From Auanema rhodensis (lineage: Eukaryota; Animalia; Nematoda), in NCBI GenBank assembly GCA_964057225.1, contig OZ059895.1:10230001-10294000 (forward strand): a stretch of 64,000 nt of DNA, in the 5' to 3' direction. The notes beneath the pieces were generated by a model, which had not been told where the DNA came from, did not search any database, and saw only the letters and a list, made by a program, of their open reading frames with translations. Numbering within the stretch: the stretch's first letter is position 1; every line of letters starts with the position of its first letter. This document shows, in pieces, positions 52,108 to 64,000 of this stretch. Made by a program: the position numbers and the translations under genes.

Positions 52108-55100
52108 CAACTTGCTATTTCGTTTGATTTTTATGAAAAATTAAATATTCTAAAAATTTTATTTCTTGTTCTAGAAATACGTGCTACATCTCATTAAACT
52201 AAGAATTAGTTGATTGAAAAGGCAAAACAAATTTTGTTAGCACAGAACCATATTAATCATATTTTCCGGCGGGCTCAAGTTGCTATTTTGTTCGATTTTC
52301 ATGAAAAAATAAAAATTTTAAAATGTTTATTTTTAGCCCTAGAAATACGTGCAACATCTTACTCAACTCAAAATCAACTGTTTAATAATATAATTCAGGT
52401 TTTGTGAGCATATATCCATAGTAATCATGTTTTGCGGCGGGTTCAACTTCCTATTTCGTTTGATTTTTATGAAAAATTAAATATTCTAAAACTTTTATTT
52501 CTTGTCCTAGAAATACGTGCAACATCTTATTATCTAAGAGAATTTGAAAATTAAATAATTGAAAAAGTAAAACAGATTTTGTTAGCACAGAAACATATTA
52601 ATCATATTTTAAGGCGGGCTCAAGTTGCTATTTTGTTCAATTTTTATGAAAAATTAAAAGTTTTAAAATGTTTATTTTTAGCCCTAAAAATACGTGCGTC
52701 ATCTTAGTCAACTCAAAATCAACTGTTTAATAATATAATTTAGGTTTTGTGAGCATATATCCATAGTAATCATGTTTTGCGGCGGGTTCAACTTGCTATT
52801 TCGTTTGATTTTTATGAAAAATTAAATATTCTAAAACTTTTATTTCTTGTCCTAGAAATACGTGCTACATCTCATTAAACTAAGAATTAGTTGATTGAGG
52901 AGGCAAAACAAATTTTGTTAGCACAGAACCATATTAATCATATTTTAAGGCGGGCTCAAGTTGCTATTTTGTTCGATTTTCATAGAAAAATAAAAATTTT
53001 AAAATGTTTATTTTTAGCCCTAGAAATACGTGCAACATCTTACTCAACTCAAAATGAACTGTTTGATAATATAAACTAGGTTTTGTGAGCATATATCCAT
53101 AGTAATCATGTTTTGCGGCGGGTTCAACTTGCTATTTCGTTTGATTTTTATGAAAAATTAAATATTCTAAAAATTTTATTTCTTGTTCTAGAAATACGTG
53201 CTACATCTCATTAAACTAAGAATTAGTTGATTGAAAAGGCAAAACAAATTTTGTTAGCACAGAACCATATTAATCATATTTTCCGGCGGGCTCAAGTTGC
53301 TATTTTGTTCGATTTTCATGAAAAAATAAAAATTTTAAAATGTTTATTTTTAGCCCTAGAAATACGTGCAACATCTTATTATCTAAGACAATTTGAAAAT
53401 TAAATAATTGAAAAAGTAAAACAGATTTTGTTAGCACAGAAACATATTAATCATATTTTAAGGCGGGCTCAAGTTGCTATTTTGTTCGATTTTCATGAAA
53501 ACATAAAAATTTTAAAATGTTTATTTTTAGCCCTAGAAATACGTGCAACATCTTACTCAACTCAAAATCAACTGTTTGATAATATAAATTAGGTTTTGTG
53601 AGCATATATCCATAGCAATCATGTTTTGCGGCGGGTTCAACTTGCTATTTCGTTTGATTTTTATGAAAAATTAAATATTCTAAAAATTTTATTTCTTGTC
53701 CTAGAAATACGTGCTACATCTCATTAAACTAAGAATTAGTTGATTGAGGAGGCAAAACAAATTTTGTTAGCACAGAACCATATTAATCATATTTTAAGGC
53801 GGGCTCAAGTTGCTATTTTGTTCGATTTTCATAAAAAAATAAAAATTTTAAAATGTTTATTTTTAGCCCTAGAAATACGTGCAACATCTTACTCAACTCA
53901 AAATCAACTGTTTGATAATATAAACTAGGTTTTGTGAGCATATATCCATAGTAATCATGTTTTGCGGCGGGTTCAACTTGCTATTTCGTTTGATTTTTAT
54001 GAAAAATTAAATATTCTAAAAATTTTATTTCTTGTCCTAGAAATACGTGCTACATCTCATTAAACTAAGAATTAGTTGATTGAAAAGGCAAAACAAATTT
54101 TGTTAGCACAGAACCATATTAATCATATTTTCCGGCGGGCTCAAGTTGCTATTTTGTTCGATTTTCATGAAAAAATAAAAATTTTAAAATGTTTATTTTT
54201 AGCCCTAGAAATACGTGCAACATCTTATTATCTAAGAAAATTTGAAAATTAAATAATTGAAAGAGTAAAACAGATTTTGTTAGCACAGAAACATATTAAT
54301 CATATTTTAAGGCGGGCTCAAGTTGCTATTTTGTTCGATTTTCATAGAAAAATAAAAATTTTAAAATGTTTATTTTTAGCCCTAGAAATACGTGCAACAT
54401 CTTACTCAACTCAAAATCAACTGTTTGATAATATAAACTAGGTTTTGTGAGCATATATCCATAGTAATCATGTTTTGCGGCGGGTTCAACTTGCTATTTC
54501 GTTTGATTTTTATGAAAAATTAAATATTCTAAAAATTTTATTTCTTGTCCTAGAAATACGTGCTACATCTCATTAAACTAAGAATTAGTTGATTGAGGAG
54601 GCAAAACAAATTTTGTTAGCACAGAACCATATTAATCATATTTTCCGGCGGGCTCAAGTTGCTATTTTGTTCGATTTTCATGAAAAAATAAAAATTTTAA
54701 AATGTTTATTTTTAGCCCTAGAAATACGTGCAACATCTTACTCAACTCAAAATCAACTGTTTGATAATATAAATTAGGTTTTGTGAGCATATATCCATAG
54801 TAATCATGTTTTGCGGCGGGTTCAACTTGCTATTTCGTTTGATTTTTATGAAAAATTAAATATTCTAAAAATTTTATTTCTTGTCCTAGAAATACGTGCT
54901 ACATCTCATTAAACTAAGAATTAGTTGATTGAAAAGGCAAAACAAATTTTGTTAGCACAGAACCATATTAATCATATTTTCCGGCGGGCTCAAGTTGCTA
55001 TTTTGTTCGATTTTCATGAAAAAATAAAAATTTTAAAATGTTTATTTTTAGCCCTAGAAATACGTGCAACATCTTATTATCTAAGAGAATTTGAAAATTA

Positions 55101-58100
55101 AATAATTGAAAAAGTAAAACAGATTTTGTTAGCACAGAAACATATTAATCATATTTTAAGGCGGGCTCAAGTTGCTATTTTGTTCGATTTTCATGAAAAA
55201 ATAAAAATTTTAAAATGTTTATTTTTAGCCCTAGAAATACGTGCAACATCTTACTCAACTCAAAATTAACTGTTTGATAATATAAATTAGGTTTTGTGAG
55301 CATATATCCATAGCAATCATGTTTTGCGGCGGGTTCAACTTACTATTTCGTTTGATTTTTATGAAAAATTAAATATTCTAAAACTTTTATTTCTTGTCCT
55401 AGAAATACGTGCTACACCTCTTTGAACTAAGAATTAGTTGATTGAGGAGGCAAAACAAATTTTGTTAGCACAGAACCATATTAATCATATTTTCCGGCGG
55501 GCTCAAGTTGCTATTTTGTTCGATTTTCATGAAAAAATAAAAATTTTAAAATGTTTATTTTTAGCCCTAGAAATACGTGCAACATCTTACTCAACTCAAA
55601 ATCAACTGTTTGATAATATAAATTAGGTTTTGTGAGCATATATCCATAGTAATCATGTTTTGCGGCGGGTTCAACTTGCTATTTCGTTTGATTTTTATGA
55701 AAAATTAAATATTCTAAAACTTTTATTTCTTGTCCTAGAAAAACGTGCTACATCTCATTAAACTAAGAATTAGTTGATTGAAAAGGCAAAACAAATTTTG
55801 TTAGCACAGAACCATATTAATCATATTTTCCGGCGGGCTCAAGTTGCTATTTTGTTCGATTTTCATGAAAAAATAAAAATTTTAAAATGTTTATTTTTAG
55901 CCCTAAAAATACGAGCAACATCTTATTACCTAAGAAAATTTGAAAATTAAATAATTGAAAAAGTAAAACAGATTTTGTTAGCACAGAAACATATTAATCA
56001 TATTTTAAGGCGGGCTCAAGTTGCTATTTTGTTCGATTTTCATGAAAAAATAAAAATTTTAAAATGTTTATTTTTAGCCCTACAAATACGTGCAACATCT
56101 TACTCAACTCAAAATCAACTGTTTGATAATATAAATTAGGTTTTGTGAGCATATATCCATAGTAATCATGTTTTGCGGCGGGTTCAACTTGCTATTTCGT
56201 TTGATTTTTATGAAAAATTAAATATTCTAAAATTTTTATTTCTTGTCCTAGAAATACGTGCTACATCTCATTAAACTAAGAATTAGTTGATTGAAAAGGC
56301 AAAACAAATTTTGTTAGCACAGAACCATATTAATCATATTTTCCGGCGGGCTCAAGTTGCTATTTTGTTCGATTTTCATGAAAAAATAAAAATTTTAAAA
56401 TGTTTATTTTTAGCCCTAGAAATACGTGCAACATCTTATTATCTAAGAAAATTTGGAAATTAAATAATTGAAAAAGTAAAACAGATTTTGTTAGCACAGA
56501 AACATATTAATCATATTTTAAGGCGGGCTCAAGTTGCTATTTTGTTCGATTTTCATGAAAAAATAAAAATTTTAAAATGTTTATTTTTAGCCCTACAAAT
56601 ACGTGCAACATCTTACTCAACTCAAAATCAACTGTTTGATAATATAAATTAGGTTTTGTGAGCATATATCCATAGTAATCATGTTTTGCGGCGGGTTCAA
56701 CTTGCTATTTCGTTTGATTTTTATGAAAAATTAAATATTCTAAAATTTTTATTTCTTGTCCTAGAAATACGTGCTACATCTCATTAAACTAAGAATTAGT
56801 TGATTGAAAAGGCAAAACAAATTTTGTTAGCACAGAACCATATTAATCATATTTTCCGGCGGGCTCAAGTTGCTATTTTGTTCGATTTTCATGAAAAAAT
56901 AAAAATTTTAAAATGTTTATTTTTAGCCCTAGAAATACGTGCAACATCTTATTATCTAAGAAAATTTGGAAATTAAATAATTGAAAAAGTAAAACAGATT
57001 TTGTTAGCACAGAAACATATTAATCATATTTTAAGGCGGACTCAAGTTGCTATTTTGTTCGATTTTCATGAAAAAATAAAAATTTTAAAATGTTTATTTT
57101 TAGCCCTAGAAATACGTGCAACATCTTACTCAACTCAAAATCAACTGTTTGATAATATAAATTAGGTTTTGTGAGCATATATCCATAGCAATCATGTTTT
57201 GCGGCGGGTTCAACTTGCTATTTCCTTTGATTTTTATGAAAAATTAAATATTCTAAAAATTTTATTTCTTGTCCTAGAAATACGTGCTACATCTCATTAA
57301 ACTAAGAATTAGTTGATTGAGGAGGCAAAACAAATTTTGTTAGCACAGAACCATATTAATCATATTTTAAGGCGGGCTCAAGTTGCTATTTTGTTCGATT
57401 TTCATGAAAAAATAAAAATTTTAAAATGTTTATTTTTAGCCCTAGAAATACGTGCAACATCTTACTCAACTCAAAATCAACTGTTTAATAATATAATTCA
57501 GGTTTTGTGAGCATATATCCATAGTAATCATGTTTTGCGGCGGGTTCAACTTCCTATTTCGTTTGATTTTTATGAAAAATTAAATATTCTAAAACTTTTA
57601 TTTCTTGTCCTAGAAATACGTGCTACATCTCATTAAACTAAGAATTAGTTGATTGAAAAGGCAAAACAAATTTTGTTAGCACAGAACCATATTAATCATA
57701 TTTTCCGGCGGGCTCAAGTTGCTATTTTGTTCGATTTTCATGAAAAAATAAAAATTTTAAAATGTTTATTTTTAGCCCTAGAAATACGTGCAACATCTTA
57801 TTATCTAAGAGAATTTGAAAATTAAATAATTGAAAAAGTAAAACAGATTTTGTTAGCACAGAAACATATTAATCATATTTTATGGCGGGCTCAAGTTGCT
57901 ATTTTGTTCGATTTTCTTAAAAAAATAAAAATTTTAAAATGTTTATTTTTTGCCCTAGAAATACGTGCAACATCTTACTCAACTCAAAATCAACTGTTTG
58001 ATAATATAAACTAGGTTTTGTGAGCATATATCCATAGTAATCATGTTTTGCGGCGGGTTCAACTTGCTATTTCGTTTGATTTTTATGAAAAATTAAATAT

Positions 58101-60466
58101 TCTAAAAATTTTATTTCTTGTCCTAGAAATACGTGCTACATCTCATTAAACTAAGAATTAGTTGATTGAAAAGGCAAAACAAATTTTGTTAGCACAGAAC
58201 CATATTAATCATATTTTCCGGCGGGCTCAAGTTGCTATTTTGTTCGATTTTCATGAAAAAATAAAAATTTTAAAATGTTTATTTTTAGCCCTAGAAATAC
58301 GTGCAACATCTTATTATCTAAGAGAATTTGAAAATTAAATAATTGAAAAAGTAAAACAGATTTTGTTAGCACAGAAACATATTAATCATATTTTAAGGCG
58401 GGCTCAAGTTGCTATTTTGTTCGATTTTCTTAAAAAAATAAAAATTTTAAAATGTTTATTTTTTGCCCTAGAAATACGTGCAACATCTTACTCAACTCAA
58501 AATCAACTGTTTGATAATATAAACTAGGTTTTGTGAGCATATATCCATAGTAATCATGTTTTGCGGCGGGTTCAACTTGCTATTTCGTTTGATTTTTATG
58601 AAAAATTAAATATTCTAAAAATTTTATTTCTTGTCCTAGAAATACGTGCTACATCTCATTAAACTAAGAATTAGTTGATTGAAAAGGCAAAACAAATTTT
58701 GTTAGCACAGAACCATATTAATCATATTTTCCGGCGGGCTCAAGTTGCTATTTTGTTCGATTTTCATGAAAAAATAAAAATTTTAAAATGTTTATTTTTA
58801 GCCCTAGAAATACGTGCAACATCTTATTATCTGCGAGAATTTGAAAATTAAATAATTGAAAAAGTAAAACAGATTTTGTTAGCACAGAAACATATTAATC
58901 ATATTTTAAGGCGGGCTCAAGTTGCTATTTTGTTCGATTTTCATAAAAAAATAAAAATTTTAAAATGTTTATTTTTAGCCCTAGAAATACGTGCAACATC
59001 TTACTCAACTCAAAATCAACTGTTTGATAATATAAACTAGGTTTTGTGAGCATATATCCATAGTAATCATGTTTTGCGGCGGGTTCAACTTGCTATTTCG
59101 TTTGATTTTTATGAAAAATTAAATATTCTAAAAATTTTATTTCTTGTCCTAGAAATACGTGCTACATCTCATTAAACTAAGAATTAGTTGATTGAGGAGG
59201 CAAAACAAATTTTGTTAGCACAGAACCATATTAATCATATTTTCCGGCGGGCTCAAGTTGCTATTTTGTTCGATTTTCATAAAAAAATAAAAATTTTAAA
59301 ATGTTTATTTTTAGCCCTAGAAATACGTGCAACATCTTACTCAACTCAAAATCAACTGTTTAATAATATAATTTAGGTTTTGTGAGCATATATCCATAGT
59401 AATCATGTTTTGCGGCGGGTTCAACTTCCTATTTCGTTTGATTTTTATGAAAAATTAAATATTCTAAAAATTTTATTTCTTGTCTTAGAAATACGTGCTA
59501 CATCTCATTAAACTAAGAATCAGTTGATTGAAAAGGCAAAACAAATTTTGTTAGCACAGAACCATATTAATCATATTTTCCGGCGGGCTCAAGTTGCTAT
59601 TTTGTTCGATTTTCATGAAAAAATAAAAATTTTAAAATGTTTATTTTTAGCCCTAGAAATACGTGCAACATCTTATTATCTAAGAAAATTTGAAAATTAA
59701 ATAATTGAAAAAGTAAAACAGATTTTGTTAGCACAGAAACATATTAATCATATTTTAAGGCGGGCTCAAGTTGCTATTTTGTTCGATTTTCATGAAAAAA
59801 TAAAAATTTTAAAATGTTTATTTTTAGCCCTACAAATACGTGCAACATCTTACTCAACTCAAAATCAACTGTTTGATAATATAAATTAGGTTTTGTGAGC
59901 ATATATCCATAGTAATCATGTTTTGCGACGGGTTCAACTTGCTATTTCGTTTGATTTTTATGAAAAATTAAATATTCTAAAACTTTTATTTCTTGTCCTA
60001 GAAATACGTGCTACATCTCATTAAACTAAGAATTAGTTGATTGAAAAGGCAAAACAAATTTTGTTAGCACAGAACCATATTAATCATATTTTCCGGCGGG
60101 CTCAAGTTGCTATTTTGTTCGATTTTCATGAAAAAATAAAAATTTTAAAATGTTTATTTTTAGCCCTAGAAATACGTGCAACATCTTATTATCTAAGAAA
60201 ATTTGAAAATTAAATAATTGAAAAAGTAAAACAGATTTTGTTAGCACAGAAACATATTAATCATATTTTAAGGCGGGCTCAAGTTGCTATTTTGTTCGAT
60301 TTTCATGAAAAAATAAAAATTTTAAAATGTTTATTTTTAGCCCTACAAATACGTGCAACATCTTACTCAACTCAAAATCAACTGTTTGATAATATAAATT
60401 AGGTTTTGTGAGCATATATCCATAGTAATCATGTTTTGCGGCGGGTTCAACTTGCTATTTCGTTTG

Positions 60467-60821
60467 TGTCACATAGTTATCATTCATACTGTAATACACA
60501 TTGAGTTATAGTCTAGGAAATCTATAGTTATAGTTAAGACCTACTTTTTGATCTATAATAGTTAAGTGGTGCGTGAGACTTAACGAAGAATATAGTTCTT
60601 TTTGGTGTTGAATAAGACTTGTTGTCCTGGCTCGGACGTTCTATATTTTTATAGTGTTGAGTTTCTATCGACATTAGCTTTGGTAGCTATATCGATATAG
60701 TTAGTATATTTATTTCTGTTTGTCTTGTTGATTATTTGTTGTTTTAGTAAAGACTCTTTTTGTATTTTGGACTTAGTGATTAAAAGAAAGTGAACCTTTT
60801 GATATTCGTTACGCTTTCGCA
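60467..60821 (+). repeat. 5' LTR of Gypsy copy 2
   Basis: Matches 7280-7634 with 2 substitutions seen. Confidence 0.78.
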
Positions 60822-60834
60822 TGGGGGCCGAACC
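60822..60834 (+). promoter_or_regulatory. tRNA-Pro primer-binding site, copy 2
   Basis: TGGGGGCCGAACC after the LTR-terminal CA. Confidence 0.82.
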
Positions 60835-60928
60835 AACTTTCAACAAAAATCTAAGTACTATCTCGAAGTAGTTTGTCGGTATTACATACATTTTCTTTCT
60901 TTTCGCGCTCAAAACAAACTAATAAGAC

Positions 60929-62630
60929 ATGCATTGCTCTTTTCGAGAGGCTATTGAACACCTCTTGGCCCAAAAAGTCGACAATGCTAGGAGAGAACTT
61001 GCAGTATGGAGAGATAATTGCTGCGAGTCGGCGAAGACGCAATCAGTAAAGGAGACGCGTAAAGCGAAATTCTTTGATAAAGCTTACTTAACAGTAGGTG
61101 ATGTCTTGGCGGCGCTAGAGAATGAAATAGTAGAGCGCATATGCGAACTGCATATGGCCAGCGCTTTAGGAGAGGCGGAACAGTGGACGATGGATGTACT
61201 GCAACTGTTCCGAGAGTGGAATATAGAAGGGAGCGAGGGACTCCAACAGTTGGTGAGTAAGCTGCGGGCTGAGAAAACGCAGTCCGTGCGCGTGTTGCAG
61301 GAGGCAACGGCTCAGATGGAGCTACTTGAGAGCCGAGTAGCCACGCTTTCAGATGAAAACGCGCAACTCCAAGAGGAGACGCGTCGGTTAGCGCTAGAGC
61401 TGAAGGAGAAAGACGTAATAAGAGGTAGACGGGGTAGCCCAGAGTCGGCTACAACGAGCAGCACAGAGAGTGAAAGGACAGATCAGTTGTTCACAAGCCT
61501 CATGGCTCAGCTGAAAGAGTCTATGGAGAGGGCGTCAGTGACGCTGGAAGTGCAAGCAGTAAGGGCTAACGCCTTACCGGATCTAACAAAATTTAGGGGA
61601 GAGAGTCCAGCGGACTCACAGGTACTGGCTAAGCATATAGCAATTTTCAGAATGAAGTACCCACTCAGTGCGTTTAGTGAAGAGGAACGCTGCATTCTTT
61701 TCGAAGCCTCGCCCGAAGGCAAACCGTTGTCGGTGTTCCGGTCGGCTCCTGAAAGTACCTTGGAAGGTAAGCTAGTTTACCTAAAAGAGGCAATAAAAGG
61801 GCACGAAGGCGTTCGTTCAACTTCATGTGGACTTTCATACAGTTGGTTAAAATACGGACTACTGAATATTGATATTGAATGAAGCTAGGTCTTCTGCTTT
61901 CATTCTAGCAGTACAATAGTACTGTTTTGGTGGTAAAGATGGTAATACTTTGCCATAATTTATTGGGTGATTATAGAGGTAAGGAAACTGTCCTTTACTC
62001 ATATCAGATACACCAAATGCCATTAAATTATTCAAGTATAAGTTTGCGGGATTTGAGTTAGATGATGGGAGTTTAGGTATCCAGTTCTTAGCCACGTTGA
62101 CAGGTTTTGCTCTCGATACGTTTCGGTCAATAAGTGACACTAAGACATTCGAGGAAAGGATTGAGACTCTGAAACAACTACTGCAGCATTAGTTCTCTAT
62201 GTTTGAGGTAAGTGAAGAAAGGAGACTGAGGGATGCTGTGGACAGATGTTATAATTTTGCGTTACCAGAACAACGGGCGAAAACCAAGGTTTTTGCTTTG
62301 TTCGCTCAGATTGAGTCATTTGAAGGAGCGTATATGTTGGAGCAGTTGCTACACACAAAAGATTTCTCAGCAGCATAAGCATCTCTACGCAGTTGGGCAT
62401 TGTCAAAAGAGCAGTGCAAGAAAATCAGGTACGTATCTAAAGGAAGATCGGAACAACCCAGTTGGAGGAAACCGGAACCCCCGATACAAGTTAGAAGCTG
62501 TTTCACGTGTGGCGAAGTAGGCCACCCCAAGTTTACGTGCAAATCGAAGGAACCCCGTAATGTAAGTCTCATTGACATGGAAATGGTCGTTGTAGAAAAT
62601 AAGATAGACCAAGAGAACTATTACAAGTAA
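60929..62630 (+). pseudogene. gag: gag pseudogene, copy 2 (317-aa ORF, filler, second capsid-like segment, CCHC knuckle)
   Basis: ORF 60929-61882 plus ORF 62400-62630, which contains CFTCGEVGHPKFTC. Confidence 0.82.
61877..62020 (-). pseudogene. Maverick/Polinton pPolB-like fragment, copy 2
   Basis: AFGVSDMSKGQFPYLYNHPINYGKVLPSLPPKQYY... Confidence 0.7.
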
Positions 62631-64000
62631 ACGGGATCGATGGCGTAGATTTGTTGAATAGTGGCGCCGCAGTCACATTAGTTCCCCTCTCAATAGTAGA
62701 GGATTGTAAGTCATGGATTGTACCATGCACAGAAGCTCCCACCGGCGTACGAGGGACAAAGATCGATATCTTAGGTAAATTAATCTGTAACATATATCAT
62801 CCTTACACAGGCAGATCAGCTAGAATCGCATGCTATGTATGAAAGACGTGCTGCAGAGAAATTATCTTGGGATTTAATGCATTTGAGGCTTTAGGTCTGC
62901 ATATCGTAAGCATCCCAAAAGAGGATAGGCATCAAGAGATCTCTGACGTGGTAAACTCGATCTCCATGAGCACCGATCATAAAGAAAATTTAAAAGGAGT
63001 GAGTACGAATGAGGTGCCGGCTGAACTAACAGGAAAACTAACGAGTTTGTTAAAAAGTCACGCTCCAGTTTTTGCTTCAAATCCTGGATTTTTGGGAAAA
63101 ATCAAAGTTAAGCCCGCACAGATAGATACAGGCACAAGCTCTTCATTTGCTCTTAAAGTTCAACAAGTTCCGATGAGTCTACGCCAAGAGTTAACTACGT
63201 TATTAGATTTAGAGAGAAGGAAAATATTACGGAGCGATCCACCTCTCCTTGGACTTCTCCAATCGTACTGGTCAGAAAAAAAGATAAGAATCTACGCCTA
63301 TGCGTAGATTACAGGGAGCTAAATAAAATAATCGTACCAGACCGGTACCCCCTACCAAATATTGAAGTCACTTTACAGTGCCTTGAGAACTACAGGTATT
63401 TTTCATCGGTTGATTGCTTTCAAGGGTTTTGGCAAATCCCTTTAGCAAGTTCCGCAAAGCCTAAAACGGCTTTTATAACACATAAAGGGCTGTATCATTT
63501 CAACAGGTTGTCATTTGGATTGGCAAACAGTCCTGCCATCTTCCAGAGGGGCAGGACTGAAAGGATCCAAGATACATCCATACCTGGATGACGTCATAAT
63601 AGCTACCGTCACGGCTGAGCGACATATCCAAGTACTGGATATCCTATTCACTGTTTTTGAGAAATTTGGTGTACAGCTAAAGCCCTCCAAATGTGAATTC
63701 TTCAAGAAAAACTTAACAGTTTTAGGCCACGTTTTATCAGCGGAAGATATACGGACAGATCCAGAAAAGGTAAGAGCTATTGAGGAGTACCCGGTCCCAA
63801 AAACAGTCACCGTATTGTCCTTTTTGGGATCTCTTTCCTACTATAGGAAGTTCATTGAAAGTTTTGCAGCAAAAGCGAAACCCCTTTACAATCTCTGTAT
63901 ACAAGGGGAAAAGTGGGTGTGGACTTCCATGCAGGAAGAAGCTTTTCAGACATTGAAAAAGAAACTCATTGAAGCACCATTTCTTATTCAGCCTAACATA
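62606..64000 (+). pseudogene. pol: pol pseudogene, copy 2 (protease and RT, truncated by the window edge)
   Basis: Same NSG protease, same TGA and frameshifts as copy 1, with YLDD at 63581-63592. Confidence 0.93.

Larger units (their letters stand above)
15579..60466 (+). repeat. Main satellite array (~45 kb, ~260 monomers) with variable HORs and block duplications
   Basis: Same A/B/C monomers throughout. Shared rare variants recur at offsets of 849, 1025, 3367, 4263, 9774 and 16732 bp. Confidence 0.98.
60467..64000 (+). mobile_element. Ty3/Gypsy copy 2 (LTR, PBS, gag, protease, RT; runs off the window end), lacking the hAT insertion
   Basis: Colinear with 7280-11974 minus the hAT element. 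It shares the same stops and frameshifts, and I found only 5 substitutions by eye. Confidence 0.97.

Noticed and set aside
916-59376. Dozens of near-identical 62/65-aa ORFs (MIEKAKQILLAQ...) resembling a tandem gene family
   Set aside because: They are a stop-free frame across A/B or C/B monomer junctions, mostly with TTG starts. They are freely broken by stops in neighbouring units and show no recognisable domain.
1-60466. CRISPR-like repeat/spacer array
   Set aside because: The sequence between conserved boxes is repeated, not unique. There are no cas genes and the context is eukaryotic.
60460-60475. Sequence-specific, satellite-targeted integration by the Gypsy element
   Set aside because: Shared flanking variants and shared inactivating mutations show duplication of one insertion. 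No chromodomain can be assessed because the integrase tail is missing.

Overview
Eukaryotic, probably nematode, heterochromatin-like DNA with no intact host gene. About 54 kb is one AT-rich satellite built from three related monomers (A 168 bp, B 168 bp, C 177 bp). These form 336-, 513- and 849-bp higher-order units and are further amplified as kb-scale block duplications. The array is interrupted by two near-identical copies of a decayed Ty3/Gypsy LTR retrotransposon (7280-13584, 3'-truncated; 60467-window end). Both copies sit at the same satellite base with the same upstream variants, so they are one insertion that was later duplicated 53,187 bp apart. The primer-binding site TGGGGGCCGAACC matches the nematode-type tRNA-Pro 3' end. 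Copy 1 alone carries a 1153-bp non-autonomous hAT transposon (11-bp TIRs, 8-bp TSD, three tiny introns); copy 2 is the clean empty site. The most unusual feature is the gag region: two paralogous capsid-like segments in different frames, joined by a ~210-bp filler whose minus strand encodes what looks like a Maverick/Polinton protein-primed DNA polymerase B fragment. Other oddities are a 2-kb inverted satellite block replacing the element's 3' end, four 118-bp fold-back micro-inversions made from a divergent satellite variant, and a 24-bp perfect palindrome footprint in RNase H. The many 62/65-aa ORFs are satellite artefacts. Protein family calls are by motif recognition from memory; no database search was run.
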